Positions 36,501 to 47,730 of a stretch of 64,000 nucleotides of DNA are shown here, one piece after another. Source of the stretch: Scenedesmus sp. PABB004 (lineage: Eukaryota). The stretch is from positions 62,001-126,000 of the forward strand of contig JABVCE010000008.1 in assembly GCA_014905635.1 (NCBI GenBank), read 5' to 3'. The notes beneath the pieces are model-generated. The model was given only the letters and a program-made list of their open reading frames with translations. It made no database searches and was not told where the DNA came from. Made by a program: the position numbers and the translations under genes. Position 1 is the stretch's first letter; every line of letters begins with the position of its first letter.

Positions 36501-38522
36501 CGCGGTGAGGCCAGGGCGTATGACGCCAGGGCGGGTGCGCGGCGGCCAGCGTGCCAGCCGGCGCGGCGGCCGTCGCGCCAGCGCCGGGGCCCGCGGGCAC
36601 CTTGTCGCACTCGGTGCCGTCAAAGGAGATGCGGCTGCGGTCGAGCAGCAGCCACTCGCTGCGGTTGGCAAACACGTCCTGCACGCTCTGGCCCACGCGG
36701 GGCCGGGGGATCATCAGCACCTTCTCACTGCAGTGCAGCGCAGCGCGGCGGCCGCGGCGGCGGCACGGTGGGCGGCGGTGGCGGCGGGCGGCGGCGTGCA
36801 CGCGGCTCGCGCGCGCGGCGGCTCGCGACCGGCGGCCGGGGCGGCGCAGCGCGCCCCACCTGAGCACTGGCGGCTGCACGTATCCGGCGAGGTCACCGAG
36901 CAGCTTGGCGCTGAGGGTGCGGTTGGCGCTCAGCGCGACGGGCGTTGACGGGCTGAGCGTGAGCACCTCGCCGCCCGCGCTGCCGTTGCCGCCGCCGGGC
37001 GCGAGCGACGCGGTAATGACGAACTGCAGCGACGCCTCGCCCAGGCCGTAGCCCTGCGGCGGCGGCACCCTGTGAGCCCCGCGCGGGCGCGGACGCGGCG
37101 CCGCCCGCCCTCGCGAGTCCGCCGCCGGGGTGCCGCCGCACGTGGCGCGCGCGCGGCGGCCCCGCTCCGCCCGCGAGCCCTCTGGCGGCGGCAGCAGGTG
37201 CCGGCACTCACCCCGTACCAGTGCGGGTCCATCATGAGGCAGTGCGCGCTGCAGGGCTTGCGGCCGATGAGGATGTCCAGCGGGTCGGCAAAGAAGTCGC
37301 AGTCCAGGTTGGCGCGCCTGCCCGCAGTCCCACGGCGGCGCCCGGGCGCGCGGGCGGCGGCGGCGGCGGGGCGTGGGCGGCGGCGGGGCACGCGCGCCTG
37401 CGCGGTGGCGCGCGACGCGCGGCCGGCCGCACGTGCGCTGCGTGTTCGTGCCAAAGGTCTCGTCCCAGATCTGCCCCGCGTCGCACTGGCAGGCAAAGCC
37501 CTGGCTGTCCACCACCGCCTTGCCGGACGCATAGTACCAGCCGCACGTGGGGCTCGCCTCCCACGCGCCGTCCTGCGGCGTCGGCGCCGCGCGCCCAGCG
37601 GCGGCGGCGGCAGGGCTCAGCAGCGGCGCCGCGGGGCCTCGCGGCGCGCGGCGCGCACGGTCGCCGAACTCGCGGCGCCGCCCCAGCGCGCGGCGCGAGC
37701 GGCGCTTGCGGACGTCGGGGCCGCCGTGCGCCGCGCGGGGCGAGGCGCGCCTTGCAGTTGCCCGCGCCGGGGCGCACGATGGCCTCGTATGGCTTGAAGT
37801 TGAACGACTGGAGGTACTGCAGCGGGTAGCTGCCCCACAGCGGGCCCTTGGTCAGGCTGACCACCAGGGTCGACGCGAGGTCGCGGCAGGCGCAGCTCGC
37901 GTCGGCGGCGTAGCTGCAGGGGCAGGGGCACTCGCCGCTTGGGCTGCGCGCGTGGCAGCGAGCGGCGCGGCGCGACGCGGGTCGGGCGCTGCGGCGCGCG
38001 TGGCGGCCCGGCCAGGCCAGGCAGCGTGGGAGGTTGCATGCCCACAGCCCCTGCACCTGCCCACGCAGGTGATGGCAAACTCAACGTCCTGGCTCGCGAG
38101 CGCGTCGCCGCTGTCGACGCTCACGACGACCACCAGCTTCTGCTTGCACGACAGCGCCGAGGCCACCTGCGGCGCCCGGCAGCCAGGAAGCAACGGCAGT
38201 GAGGCCAGCGCGGCCAGTGGCGGCTGCTGCAGCTTCGGGGCGCCCGCGCCGCGCACGCCGCCAGCCCGCTGCTCAGGCTCGGCGGCGCCGCTGGGGCGCT
38301 CTAGAGGCTGCAGCGGCGCATCCGGCGCAGCGATCGCGGAGCGTGTGCGCGTTTGGTGCCTGCGCAGGAGCCTGCCCCGCCCCGGCGGCGCCGCACCGTG
38401 CTGCCGTTGCGCACGCATGTCTCGAGCTTGCTCGAGGATATCACGTCCACGCCCGTGGCGCCGCGGATGCTGATCAGCGCTATCGCTGCGGCCAGTGCCC
38501 GCTGCCAGCGCCGCAGCAGCAT
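33509..38522 (-). CDS. HAP2: HAP2/GCS1 gamete membrane fusogen (class II fusion protein), multi-exon; apparent 1-bp frameshift in the cytoplasmic tail near 34945
   Basis: Signal plus DVISSSKLETC; CPCSYAADASCACRDL; TKGPLWGSYPLQYL; SPTCGWY...DSQGF; RANLDCDFFADPLDILIGRKPCSAHCL; GTECDK|VGTSF; TM segment and Cys cluster (SCLACC); closely follows Chlamydomonas HAP2 as I recall it. Confidence 0.95.
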
Positions 38523-38680
38523 CCGGGCATGGGGCTGGCGCCGCGGCGACGGTGGCGGGCGGCGCGTTGACCGCGGGCGCAGGCCAGCCTTTGCAGCCGG
38601 GTTGCATGCGCGCCCGGCAGCACGAACCGAGCAGCGCACCCACGCGACCCTGCACCGCCGACGAACGCGGCGCCGCCCGC

Positions 38681-40743
38681 TCAGGCGCCCGCGCCGCAGG
38701 CGGCCGGCACGCGCGCCGCCTCCTGCCCCTGCCCCTGCCCCTCGCGCGGCGCCGTCTGCTGGCGCTTCAGCGCCGGCTCCTCCGCGCACGCGCCCGCCGC
38801 CTGCTTGCCCAGCTGGCCAGCGGGCTGCTGCTCCTGCGCCTGCTGCTGCTCCTGCTGCTGCTCCTTCTGCGCCGCCTCTGCGCCGGCGACGCCCTGCTGC
38901 TGCAGCGCCGCCAGCGCCGCCGCCTCGCGCTCCTGCTCCGCGATGGCCGCCGCGCGCGCCGCCTCCTTCTCCATCTGCTTGAGCTTGCGCTCACTGATCT
39001 TGGGCTCCGGGTGCTGCCGCCCCGTGGCCGCCGCGAGGGCGCTCAGCTCGTTCACCTGCCCGCCGCGGCGCCGGCCGGCGCGCCGCGTGAGCAGCTGCAT
39101 GCACGCCGCCGCGCCGCGCGCCGGCCGCCGGCCGCGCCCGCCCGCGCGCGTCCGCGCGCCGCCACCGCAGCCGCCGCCGCACCAGCTTGAGGACGCCCGC
39201 CGCGCCGAGGGTGCTCGCCTCGCGGTTGAGCGTGTCGCGGATGTGGGTGAACTCTGCCAGCCAGCCCTGCGCCAGCTTGTGCACGTGGCCCTTGACCATG
39301 CGCATGTGCGTCGGGTGCGCCACGCACTGCTCCAGGTACGCGCGCGCCAGCGCGAGGCACTCCAGCGGCGTCGACCGCGCCTGCGGCGGCGCGGCGCGGG
39401 GGGCGTCGCGAGGCGGCGGCGGCGGCGCGGCGCGCGCGCCGGGCGCCGTGGCGCGCGTCCGCGTGCGCGCCTGCGGCGGACGCTCGGGGCTGAACAGGGC
39501 GGGGTCCATCAGCAGCGGCTCGGCCGAGAGCACGCCCTCCGCGCCGGTGGCCGCGAGCAGCGCGTCCGCGTCGGCCCGGCACCGCACGTCGCCGTTGGCC
39601 AGCACCGGGATGGCCAGCGCGGCGCGCACCGCCGCGATGGCCGCCCAGTCGGCGCGGTGCGCGGCGGCGTCCTGCGCGGCGCGCGCAGCGGCCGCGGCGG
39701 CGGCAGCGCGCTCAGCGGCGTCAGCGCACCCGCGTTGGCGCCCCGCCCCGCGCCCGCGCCCCTGTGCCCGCGCCCCTGTGCCCGCGCCCCCCGCACATCC
39801 ACGCGCTGCGCGCTGCGCCGCGCCGCGCCGCGCCGCGCCTTTTGTTCGCGCGTGCGCCCGTGCACGGCCAGCAGGCTCGCGCCCGCGGCCTGCAGCATGC
39901 GCGCATAGGCGAGCGTGTCGTGCAGGCGCGGGAAGAGGCGGACCTTGACGCTCACCGGCACCTCCAGCGCGGCCGCCGCGGCCGACACGATGCCGGCAAC
40001 GCGCGGCAGGTCGTCCATGAGGAAGGCGCCGTACTGCCCCCGCTTGGCGATGCGCTGCGGGCAGCCCAGGTTGAGGTCGACGTAGTCGGCAGACCCCTGC
40101 GGCGGCAGATGAGGGGGTGGGGGCGGCGGCGGAAAGGCGGCGGCGGCGAGTGAGCGAGCGGGCGGGCGGCGCGGCGAGCGACACGCGGGCCGCGCGCGCG
40201 CCCGTGGCTGGTCAACCCTAAACCCTCCAGCCGACCGACCTGCACGTGCGACGCGGACGCGATGAGCGTGGCGGCGTCGTTGGCGCAGAACTGCACAAAC
40301 AGCGGGCGGTCGCCGGGGCAGGTCGTAAAGTGCTCGGACCGGTAGTGCGGCTGCTCGCTGAACAGCCGCGCGTGCAGCATCGGCGTGTACGCCGCGCTCG
40401 CGCCGTGCGACCGACAGAGCATGCGGAAGGGGAGCTCGCTCTGCGGCGGCGGCGGACCCGGGAGCGGCTCGGCGGACCCGGCGGCGGCGCGGCGGCGAGG
40501 CGCCGCCGGCGCCGCCCCGCGCGCGCCACCCCCGCGGCGCACCTGGTCGACCATGGGCGCGACGTGGTACTTGGGGCTGCCCAGGGCGCGCCAGTAGGCC
40601 CATGCGCGCTGCGCGTGCGCCTCGAGCGCCGCCGGCTCGGCGAACGGCAGCGTCGGCAGCAGCGCCGCAGCGACGGCCGCCGGCCCGCCCTCCTCGCTGC
40701 CGGCCGCGCCCAGCCCGGGCACCTCGACGGCCGCCACGGTCAT
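38681..40743 (-). CDS. DUS1: tRNA-dihydrouridine(16/17) synthase, DUS1-like
   Basis: PKYHVAPMVDQ|SELPFRMLCR, YTPMLHARLF, DRPLFVQFCAND, VDLNLGCPQRIAKRGQYGAFLMD, LAVHGRTREQK, PVLANGDVR. Confidence 0.93.
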
Positions 40744-41413
40744 TGCGCGGCGCGCGGCGGCCGCGAGCGGCGCAACGGCGGCGCCGGCGGCGGCGGCGGC
40801 TCGAGCGGCTGCGACGGCGAGGGCCAGCGCGCTGGGTGTCACGGACCGGCGCGAGCGCGCGGGCGCGATGCGAGTGCGCGCGCGGGAGTGGGCGGTTGGG
40901 CGGCGCGGCGCGGCGGCAGCCGTCGCGCGGCGGGGTTCACCGAGCGCGGCTGCGGGGAGGCGGAGCGCTCGGGGGGGGGGGGGGGGGAGAGCTCGAGGCC
41001 AGGTTGCCGACCACCACCAGAACAGAGAGAGAAGCACTGCACACCACACTCGCACACCCCGACACGCGCGCTCTGCGACTCGGCCCGCCCCGGCACGGCA
41101 GGCGGCCCCGCCGCCGCAGAGCAGAGAGGCCGCTCACGCCAGCAATACCGCGCCGCACCGCGGCCCCACGCCGCCGCGCGCGCGCTGCGCGCGGCCGGCG
41201 CGCGCGCCGCGGCGCGGGCGCGCTCGCTCGCCGTGCATGCGCGCGGTGCCCCGTGCATGCGCGCCGTCGCTGGGTGCCCGGCACGCGCCGCGCCGACCCG
41301 AACACACATCCGCCGCCGCTGCTGCTGCTGCTGCTACATCCTACCGCCACCGCAGCTGCGCGCTCCTGCGCGCCGCCGCCGCTCCCGCACGCCCCCGCCC
41401 GCCACGCGCCGCT

Positions 41414-41414
41414 C

Positions 41415-41461
<47 letters not shown>

Positions 41462-41462
41462 C
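41414..41462. repeat. (CCGCGT)n microsatellite just downstream of the CTH1 stop
   Basis: About 7-8 tandem hexamers. Confidence 0.85.
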
Positions 41463-41466
41463 CCGC

Positions 41467-43752
41467 TCAGTAGCTGAGCTGGCTCTGGCTGGGCTCGAGG
41501 TCGAAGCTGCCGGTGGCCTTGGGGGTCATGATGAAAATCTGAAAGATCTCGGCCACCATGCGCTCCACCAGCGGCGCGCGCGCGAGCGCGACGAGCGGCG
41601 CGGGCAGGCCCTTGGCGCCGAGCGCGATGACCTGCTCGTTCAGGCGCACGAGGCGGTCCATCTTGACGAAGAACTCGGGGTGCTCCACGTCCGGCACGGC
41701 CGGGAAGATGCGCTCCGTGGTCTTGTTGGTCTCGATGATCACGTGCTGGTTGAACTGCGGCAGCGCGGCGCAGAGCGGTGCGCGGCGGCGGGGTGAGGCG
41801 TGGCGCGGCGCGGCGCGGCGCAGCGTGCGCGGGCTGTGGCGCGGCGCGGCGCGGCAAGCCAGCGCGGCGCGGCGTCGCGCACCTGCGTGGTGTTGAGGCC
41901 GAGGGACTCGTAGAAGGCGGAGCGCTGGTGGTCGTTGAGGTACATGGTGATGTAGACGGAGAGGCAGAAGAAGCGGCTCCACAGCTTGGCGACCCAGTCG
42001 TTGACAAACTCGGGCCGCACCTGGGGGGGGGGGGGGGGGCAGACAGAGAGCGGGCGCAGCGGGGAGGGGAGCTCAGCGCGCGCGCGCTCGGCGGTCACGT
42101 GTGCAGCGGCCGGCTGCTAGCCCGCCCCCGCGCCGCCTCCACACACCCCCGCCCCCGCACCGCACCTTGAGCAGGGCGGAGAAGAAGTCGCCGTGCCTGT
42201 TCTCGTCCTGGCACCAGTTCTCAAAGTACTCGAAGAGCGGGTAGAGCTGGTTGTCAGGGTTGCGCTGGAGGTGGCGGTAGATGCTGATGTAGCGCCAGTA
42301 CCCGATCTTCTCGCTCAGGTAGGTCGCGTAGATGATGAACTTGGGCTTGAAGAACGTGTACTTCCTGTGTCACGCAGGAGGGCAGCGACGGCGGCGGCGG
42401 CGCGCGGGTCAGCGAGGGAGGGGGCAGCGCGCGCGCGCGGGGCCGCAGCGCGCGCGCAGGCCGTGCGCAGGCCGCGCAGGCCGCGCGCGCGCAGGCCGCG
42501 GCGCGCAGGCCGCGCGTGCGCCCTGCCCACCTGTTCTTGGTGAGGAAGCCGAGGTCGAGCGCGAGGTTGAAGTCGCTCATCGCCTTGTTGAGGAAGCCCG
42601 CGTGCCGTGCCTCGTCGCGCGACATGAGCGTGAAGATCTCGGCCACGACCGGGTTGGTGCTCTTCAGGCGGCGCCCCAGCTCCTGCGCGCGTTGGGACAC
42701 GCGCGCGCGAGAGAGGGGGGGGGGTGTCAAGGGTCAGCAGGGGTTTGAGCATCAGCGCGCGCGCGCAGCCGCCCACGACACTGTGTCAGCCGCCGCATAC
42801 ACCCAGCCCCCGCGCCCCGCGTGCACGTGTGCGCGTGCGCCGCGCGTGCGCCGTGCGCCGCTGCCGCGCCTTGTAGAGCAGGAAGCCGGAGAACTCTGCC
42901 GTGCAGGAGCGCTCGAGGAACTCGATAAAGATCTTGCGCGTCTCGCCCGTGATGCCCTCCGCGGCGGCCTTGAACGTGTCGTTGCGCACAAAGTGGCGCT
43001 GGTTGTAGTCGTTCTTGAACTCGGTGCACATCGCCTCGAGCTCCTCCATGTCGAGCCCCGGGTTGATCTGCTGGCTGAAGAGCTGCTCCATCTCGTCAAA
43101 GTCGCTGCGGGGCGGGGAGGGAGCGGCAACGGAGGGCGAGGAGGGGTCAGGGCGGCGGCAGGGCGCGCGCGCGCCGCCGCGGGCGCGGCGGCAGTGGCGG
43201 GCGCGCGCGCGCGCCGGCCCCGCGGCCGACGCCGCGCTGCGCCGGGCGCGGTGCGCGTTGGCGCGCGGGCACGGCTGCCACCGCTGCCGACGCCGCTGCC
43301 GCCGCTGCCGCCGCCGCCGCTGCCGGCACTGCTCGCCGGGCGCTGCGCCGCTGCCGCCTGCTGCCGGCGCCGCTGCCGCTGCTGCTGCGCGCCGAAACCA
43401 CCCATTACGCGCCGCTGCCCCCCCGTGCGCGCTCGCCGCGGCGCTCATTGGCCGCCGCCCGGGCCCGGCGCCGCCCCGCGAGGGCGGCCAGGGCTGAGGG
43501 CGGCCCGCCTGGCCGCTGCGGGCGGACGCAGCAGGCCGCATCCACTCACGTCGTGTAGAAGCGCGGCGTGAGCAGCGACTCGGCCGACGCCTCCTTCACG
43601 CCGTTGCGCATGGTCTTGAAGCCCAGGTCCTCGCTCGCGGCCGCGGCCTGCACGCGCACCGACCGGCGCGCGCTCACGCGAGCGGCCCGGCGCCCCTGCA
43701 CGCAGCTGGCACGCGCCAGGCTGCTCTGCGCCTTGAGCATGGTCGCGGCCAT
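41467..43752 (-). CDS. CTH1: Mg-protoporphyrin IX monomethyl ester oxidative cyclase (CHL27/AcsF family; CTH1-like paralog), 6 exons
   Basis: [69 protein letters not shown]-terminus [16 protein letters not shown] resembles CTH1 more than CRD1. Confidence 0.95.
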
Positions 43753-43831
43753 GGCTGACGCGCGGCCGGGAGCGAATGAGGCGCCGGGGGCGGGTGGATG
43801 GGGCGGTCTGGCTCGCTCGCGCGACTGCGGC

Positions 43832-44389
43832 GCTGCGGCGCTGCGGGCGGGGCGGCGGTGGCTGCGGCGGGCGCCTGGCGACTGCTCGTGTGCCGTCGCG
43901 GTCGGTGCTGCGTGGATCCGGTCCATCGGCGCCATCTTGGTCAGGTTTAGGGCCGGGGCCAGCGAACGTCACCGCCACACGCGCGCGCCCGGCGCCGCGC
44001 CGCCCCCGCACCGGGCGCCGCGGCCGCAGCGCGCGACACCGCGACCGCCTGCGACCGCTGGCGCGGCCACGGGGCGCCTGGGCCGATGGTCATCGCCCAG
44101 GGGTCCTGGCCCAGGGTCGTCCGCTGAGCTGCCTGCCTGCGCGCCGGGCGCGACAGCTCCCCCAGCTGCTGCGGCGGCGCCTGCTGCCCTGCACTCCGCG
44201 GCTGCTGCTCGCTCCGCCGGCGCCGCCGCCGCCGCCGCCGCCTCGCCGCCGCCGTCGCCCGCCGCGGCCGCCGCGAGCGCCCCGGCGCCGCCGCCCGCGC
44301 CCGCGCGGCCGCCGCGCACGCCGGCGGGCACGCCGCCCGGCTCGACGACGTGCGCGCGGCTGCCGGGCTTGAGCTGCCGCTGCAGCTTG
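43832..44389. repeat. Direct repeat B, copy 1 (~560 bp): duplicate of the TTC33 last-exon end, 3' region and CTH1 upstream region
   Basis: Near-identical to 47173-47730 with a few substitutions and 3-6 bp indels; the TTC33 stop TGA is GGA in this copy (44104-44106). Confidence 0.95.
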
Positions 44390-44405
44390 CCAGTGCCGCC
44401 CTCGT

Positions 44406-46928
44406 TCACGCTCGCGGCATCCAGAGCACTGCGGCCCCTTGCTGCCGCTTCACCGCGGCGGCAGCGCAGCGCATGGCCTCGGCCCAGCTCGCCTCAGCCC
44501 CGGACGCCCCGGCGCGCACGGCCAGGCCGGCGCCGGCGCGGCGGCGCAGCTGCGTGTCTGGCTGGCGTCCCTGCAGCAGTGCGTCCACGCTGCGCTCGAC
44601 GTCCAGGTGCAGGCGCAGGCTGCGTCACAGAGCGGGGCGTGGGCGGCGTGGGCAGGCAGCGTTGTAGGCACAGGCCTGTGGACCCTCGCCGGCCGCAGCC
44701 GGGCTGACCACCCTGCCCGCGCACCTGTCGCGCGAGGTGAGCTCGACCAGCGCCGTGAAGGTGGCAGCGCCCGCGCGCTCGGTCCGCGTCTGCGCGTCGG
44801 CGGCGGCCGCGCAGACGCGGTCAGCGAGGGACGCGCGGGGCAAGAGCAGCCTCGAGCGCGGCGCACGGGCAGACCCACCTTGGGGCCGCCGGCTGCGGCT
44901 TCGTCGCCGAGCGTGACCGTCGTCACGCCGCCGACGAGCGGGCGAAGCTCCGGGTTCTTGAGCAGCTGGCTCAGGCTGGCCCCGTGCGCGGTGCCGATCA
45001 GGATCACACCGCGCTGCGCGATCGTGCGCGCGGCCGCCACCTCCTGCGTGTGCGAGGCATGCCGGCGGCCGCGGTCAGCCCACGAGCTGGGCCCGGGCAG
45101 GCTGCAGGCAGTTGCCGCGTCCCAGGAGCGCCAGGCCTGGTGCGCGCACCTCCTTGGTGCCGATCTCGTCGACGATGATGACGTCGGGCGTGTGGTTCTG
45201 CACCGCCTCCACCAGCACCGCCGCCTGCTCCTCGCGGCGGCGCACCATCAGGCGCCGCGCGTGGCCGACGGACGGGTGGCGCTGCGCCGCGTCGCCTGAG
45301 GGAGACCCAGCGGGCGCGCGGGCAGCATGTCGGGCGGGCCGGAGCCCGGCGGCAGCCCGCGCGGCTGCCAGGCTGCTGCCGCGCGCTGGCCCGCTGGGCG
45401 CGCACCCGCGATCTCGTTGCTTGTGTCCACGATGACCACCGCCAGCCCGAGGCCGCCCTCCTCCGGCGGCAGGCTCAGCAGGCGCGCGCAGTCGCGCAGC
45501 AGCGTGGTCTTGCCGGTGCCTGCGGCGCGAGACCGGCGGCGCGCGGGGTCGGGGTGCGCCTGGCCGGCCCCAGCGCGCGGCCTGCGAGCTGGTCGCTGCC
45601 GCGGCCGCACGCGCGCCCAGCGCCGCGCCTGGGCGGCCGAGCACGAGCAGGCTCTGCTGACGCTCTGAGTCGGGCGCGCGGAGCGAGGCCTTGAGCCAGC
45701 TCAGCACGTCGGTCAGCGCCTTGGCCGCGCCCGGGACGTGGCGCCCGACGCGGAGGGTCAGCCCGATGACGCGCCCGCTGCGGTCGCGCACGGCGCTGAC
45801 GCGGTGCAGCTGCCCCGGCACGCCCAGCCGGTTGTCGCTCCCCCAGGGGAGGTCAAACGAGAGCTCCGTGGAGCCCGCTGGCTCGCCTGCGGACTCGCCC
45901 TCCGTGCTGTCGCCCACCGTGGCAGCGTCGCCGCCCGGCGCCGGCGACGAGCCGCGCTGCTGCGCGGCCGCCAGGCGGCGCAGCGCGTCGCGCACGTCGC
46001 GGCGCTCGGCCACGACCGGCAGGGCGACGGACGCTCCGTCCGACAGCCGCACCTGCACGGCGTGCCCCGCGTCCACCGCGACGTCCACCAGCAGCGGCTC
46101 GCCGGGCGCGGGGTCCGCGAAGCACGCCAGGTGCGGGCGCAGGCTGCGTGGCGGCGCGGGCGCGCGGGGTGAGCTGGCAAGCCGAGGCCCAGCCGCGCTG
46201 GAGTGCGCGGCCGCACCAGCACACCTGTGGGGTAGGAGCTCCAGGAGGCTCGCGGCGTGCGGGTCGCCGCCAGGGTGCGCTGCGACCATGCCGCAGGGCG
46301 TGGCGTTGTCGAGGACGTCGCCAGTGTGTGGCACAACCCAGCTGTTGGGCAGGGCCCGCATCTCCAGCGCGCGCCAGTCGGCCTGTGCCGCATGCGCCAG
46401 CGCTGCGCGTGCACCGCCGGCGCCGCCGCTGCTGGCGCTGCGGTCGCTGGGCGCGCTGTCGCCGTTGCTGCCGCTCAGCGACAGGCTGTCGTCGGTGTCC
46501 CGGCTGCCGGCGAGCACGAGCAGGGCAGAGGCGTCCAGCGTCACGGTGCCGCCGTTGTTGGCCGACGTGCGTTGTACGCCAAAGCACGGCGACGCCGCCA
46601 GCGCCTTGACGAACCGCATGCCAAGGCGGAGCTTGAGTGGGCTGGGCAAGGTTTTGCCCACCGCATTGGTCACCTGGGCCACTGTGCCGCGCATCCGCCG
46701 CCGCTTGGCGAGGTACAGCGCAGCGCGCCGGTAGACGGCAACCTCCGCCGCGCTGGACGCCGCGGGCCACACCCGGTCAACCGCCCGCCGCACGGCGTCG
46801 GCGGAGGGCGCCGCCGAGGTGGCAACGGCGCGGCGCGGCGGCTGCGGCGCGGCGGCACCGGTGCGGCGCTGCTGCGCCAGCAGCTGGCGTCCCCGCCAGC
46901 GCGCGGGCGCGGCGCGGCGGAGCCGCAT
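44406..46928 (-). CDS. ycf45: Ycf45/SpoIIIAA-like AAA ATPase with transit-peptide-like N-terminus and an extra N-terminal domain; no R3H domain seen
   Basis: LHRVSAVRDRSGRVIGLTLRVGR, Walker A LGRPG|TGKTT, VVIVDTSNEIAG, EAVQNHTPDVIIVDEIG, GVILIGTAHG, LVGGVTTVTLGDE. Confidence 0.88.
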
Positions 46929-47172
46929 GCTACGCTTGCAAGCCCATGGGGAAGGGGCGGAAGACAGGCTCAGGCACGGAATGGGGCGGCTGGGGGTGCT
47001 AGAGGGCGAGAGGCACTCAACCGCCGCTGCTGTCTCGTGCCGGTGATTGGCTCCGATAGCGGCTGCACTGCTGCGCAGCCAGATGGAGCGCTCTGCCGGG
47101 ATCGAGGTGGCCGGGCGGGGCACGGACTGGCTCGGCGCGGCAGGCGTCACCGCGTGGCGCGCGCCCGGCGCT

Positions 47173-47730
47173 GCTGCGGCGCTGCGGGCGGGGCGGCGGT
47201 GGCTGCGGCGGGCGCCTGGCGACTGCGCCGTCGCGGTCGGTGCTGCGTGAATCCGGTCCATCGGCGCCATCTTGGTCAGGTTTAGGGCCGGGGCCAGCGA
47301 GCGTCACCGCCACACGCGCGCGCCCGGCGCCGCGCCGCCCCCGCACCGGGCGCCGCGGCCGCAGCGCGCGACACCGCGACCGCCTGCGACCGCTGGCGCG
47401 GCCACGGGGCGCCTGGGCCGATGGTCATCGCCCAGGGGTCATGGCCCAGGGTCGTCCTCTGAGCTGCCTGCCTGCGCGCCGGGCGCGACAGCTCCCCCAG
47501 CTGCTGCTGCGGCGGCGCCTGCTGCCCTGCACTCCGCGGCTGCTGCTCGCTCCGCCGGCGCCGGCGCCGCCGCCGCCGCCGCCTCGCCGCCGCCGTCGCC
47601 CGCCGCGGCCGCCGCGAGCGCCCCGGCGCCGCCACCCGCGCCCGCGCGGCCGCCGCGCGCGCCGGCGGGCACGCCGCCCGGCTCGACGACGTGCGCGCGG
47701 CTGCCGGGCTTGAGCTGCCGCTGCAGCTTG
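47173..47730. repeat. Direct repeat B, copy 2 (contains the functional TTC33 C-terminus and stop codon)
   Basis: Matches 43832-44389. Confidence 0.95.

Noticed and set aside
40214..40226. Telomere-like AACCCTAAACCCT in a DUS1 intron
   Set aside because: Fewer than two full units; too short to call an interstitial telomere or a functional telo-box.
26842..47730. Repeat pairs A and B as LTRs of retroelements (TRIM/LARD)
   Set aside because: No TG...CA ends, PBS/PPT or gag-pol seen; the two pairs are unrelated and consist of host gene exons and flanks.
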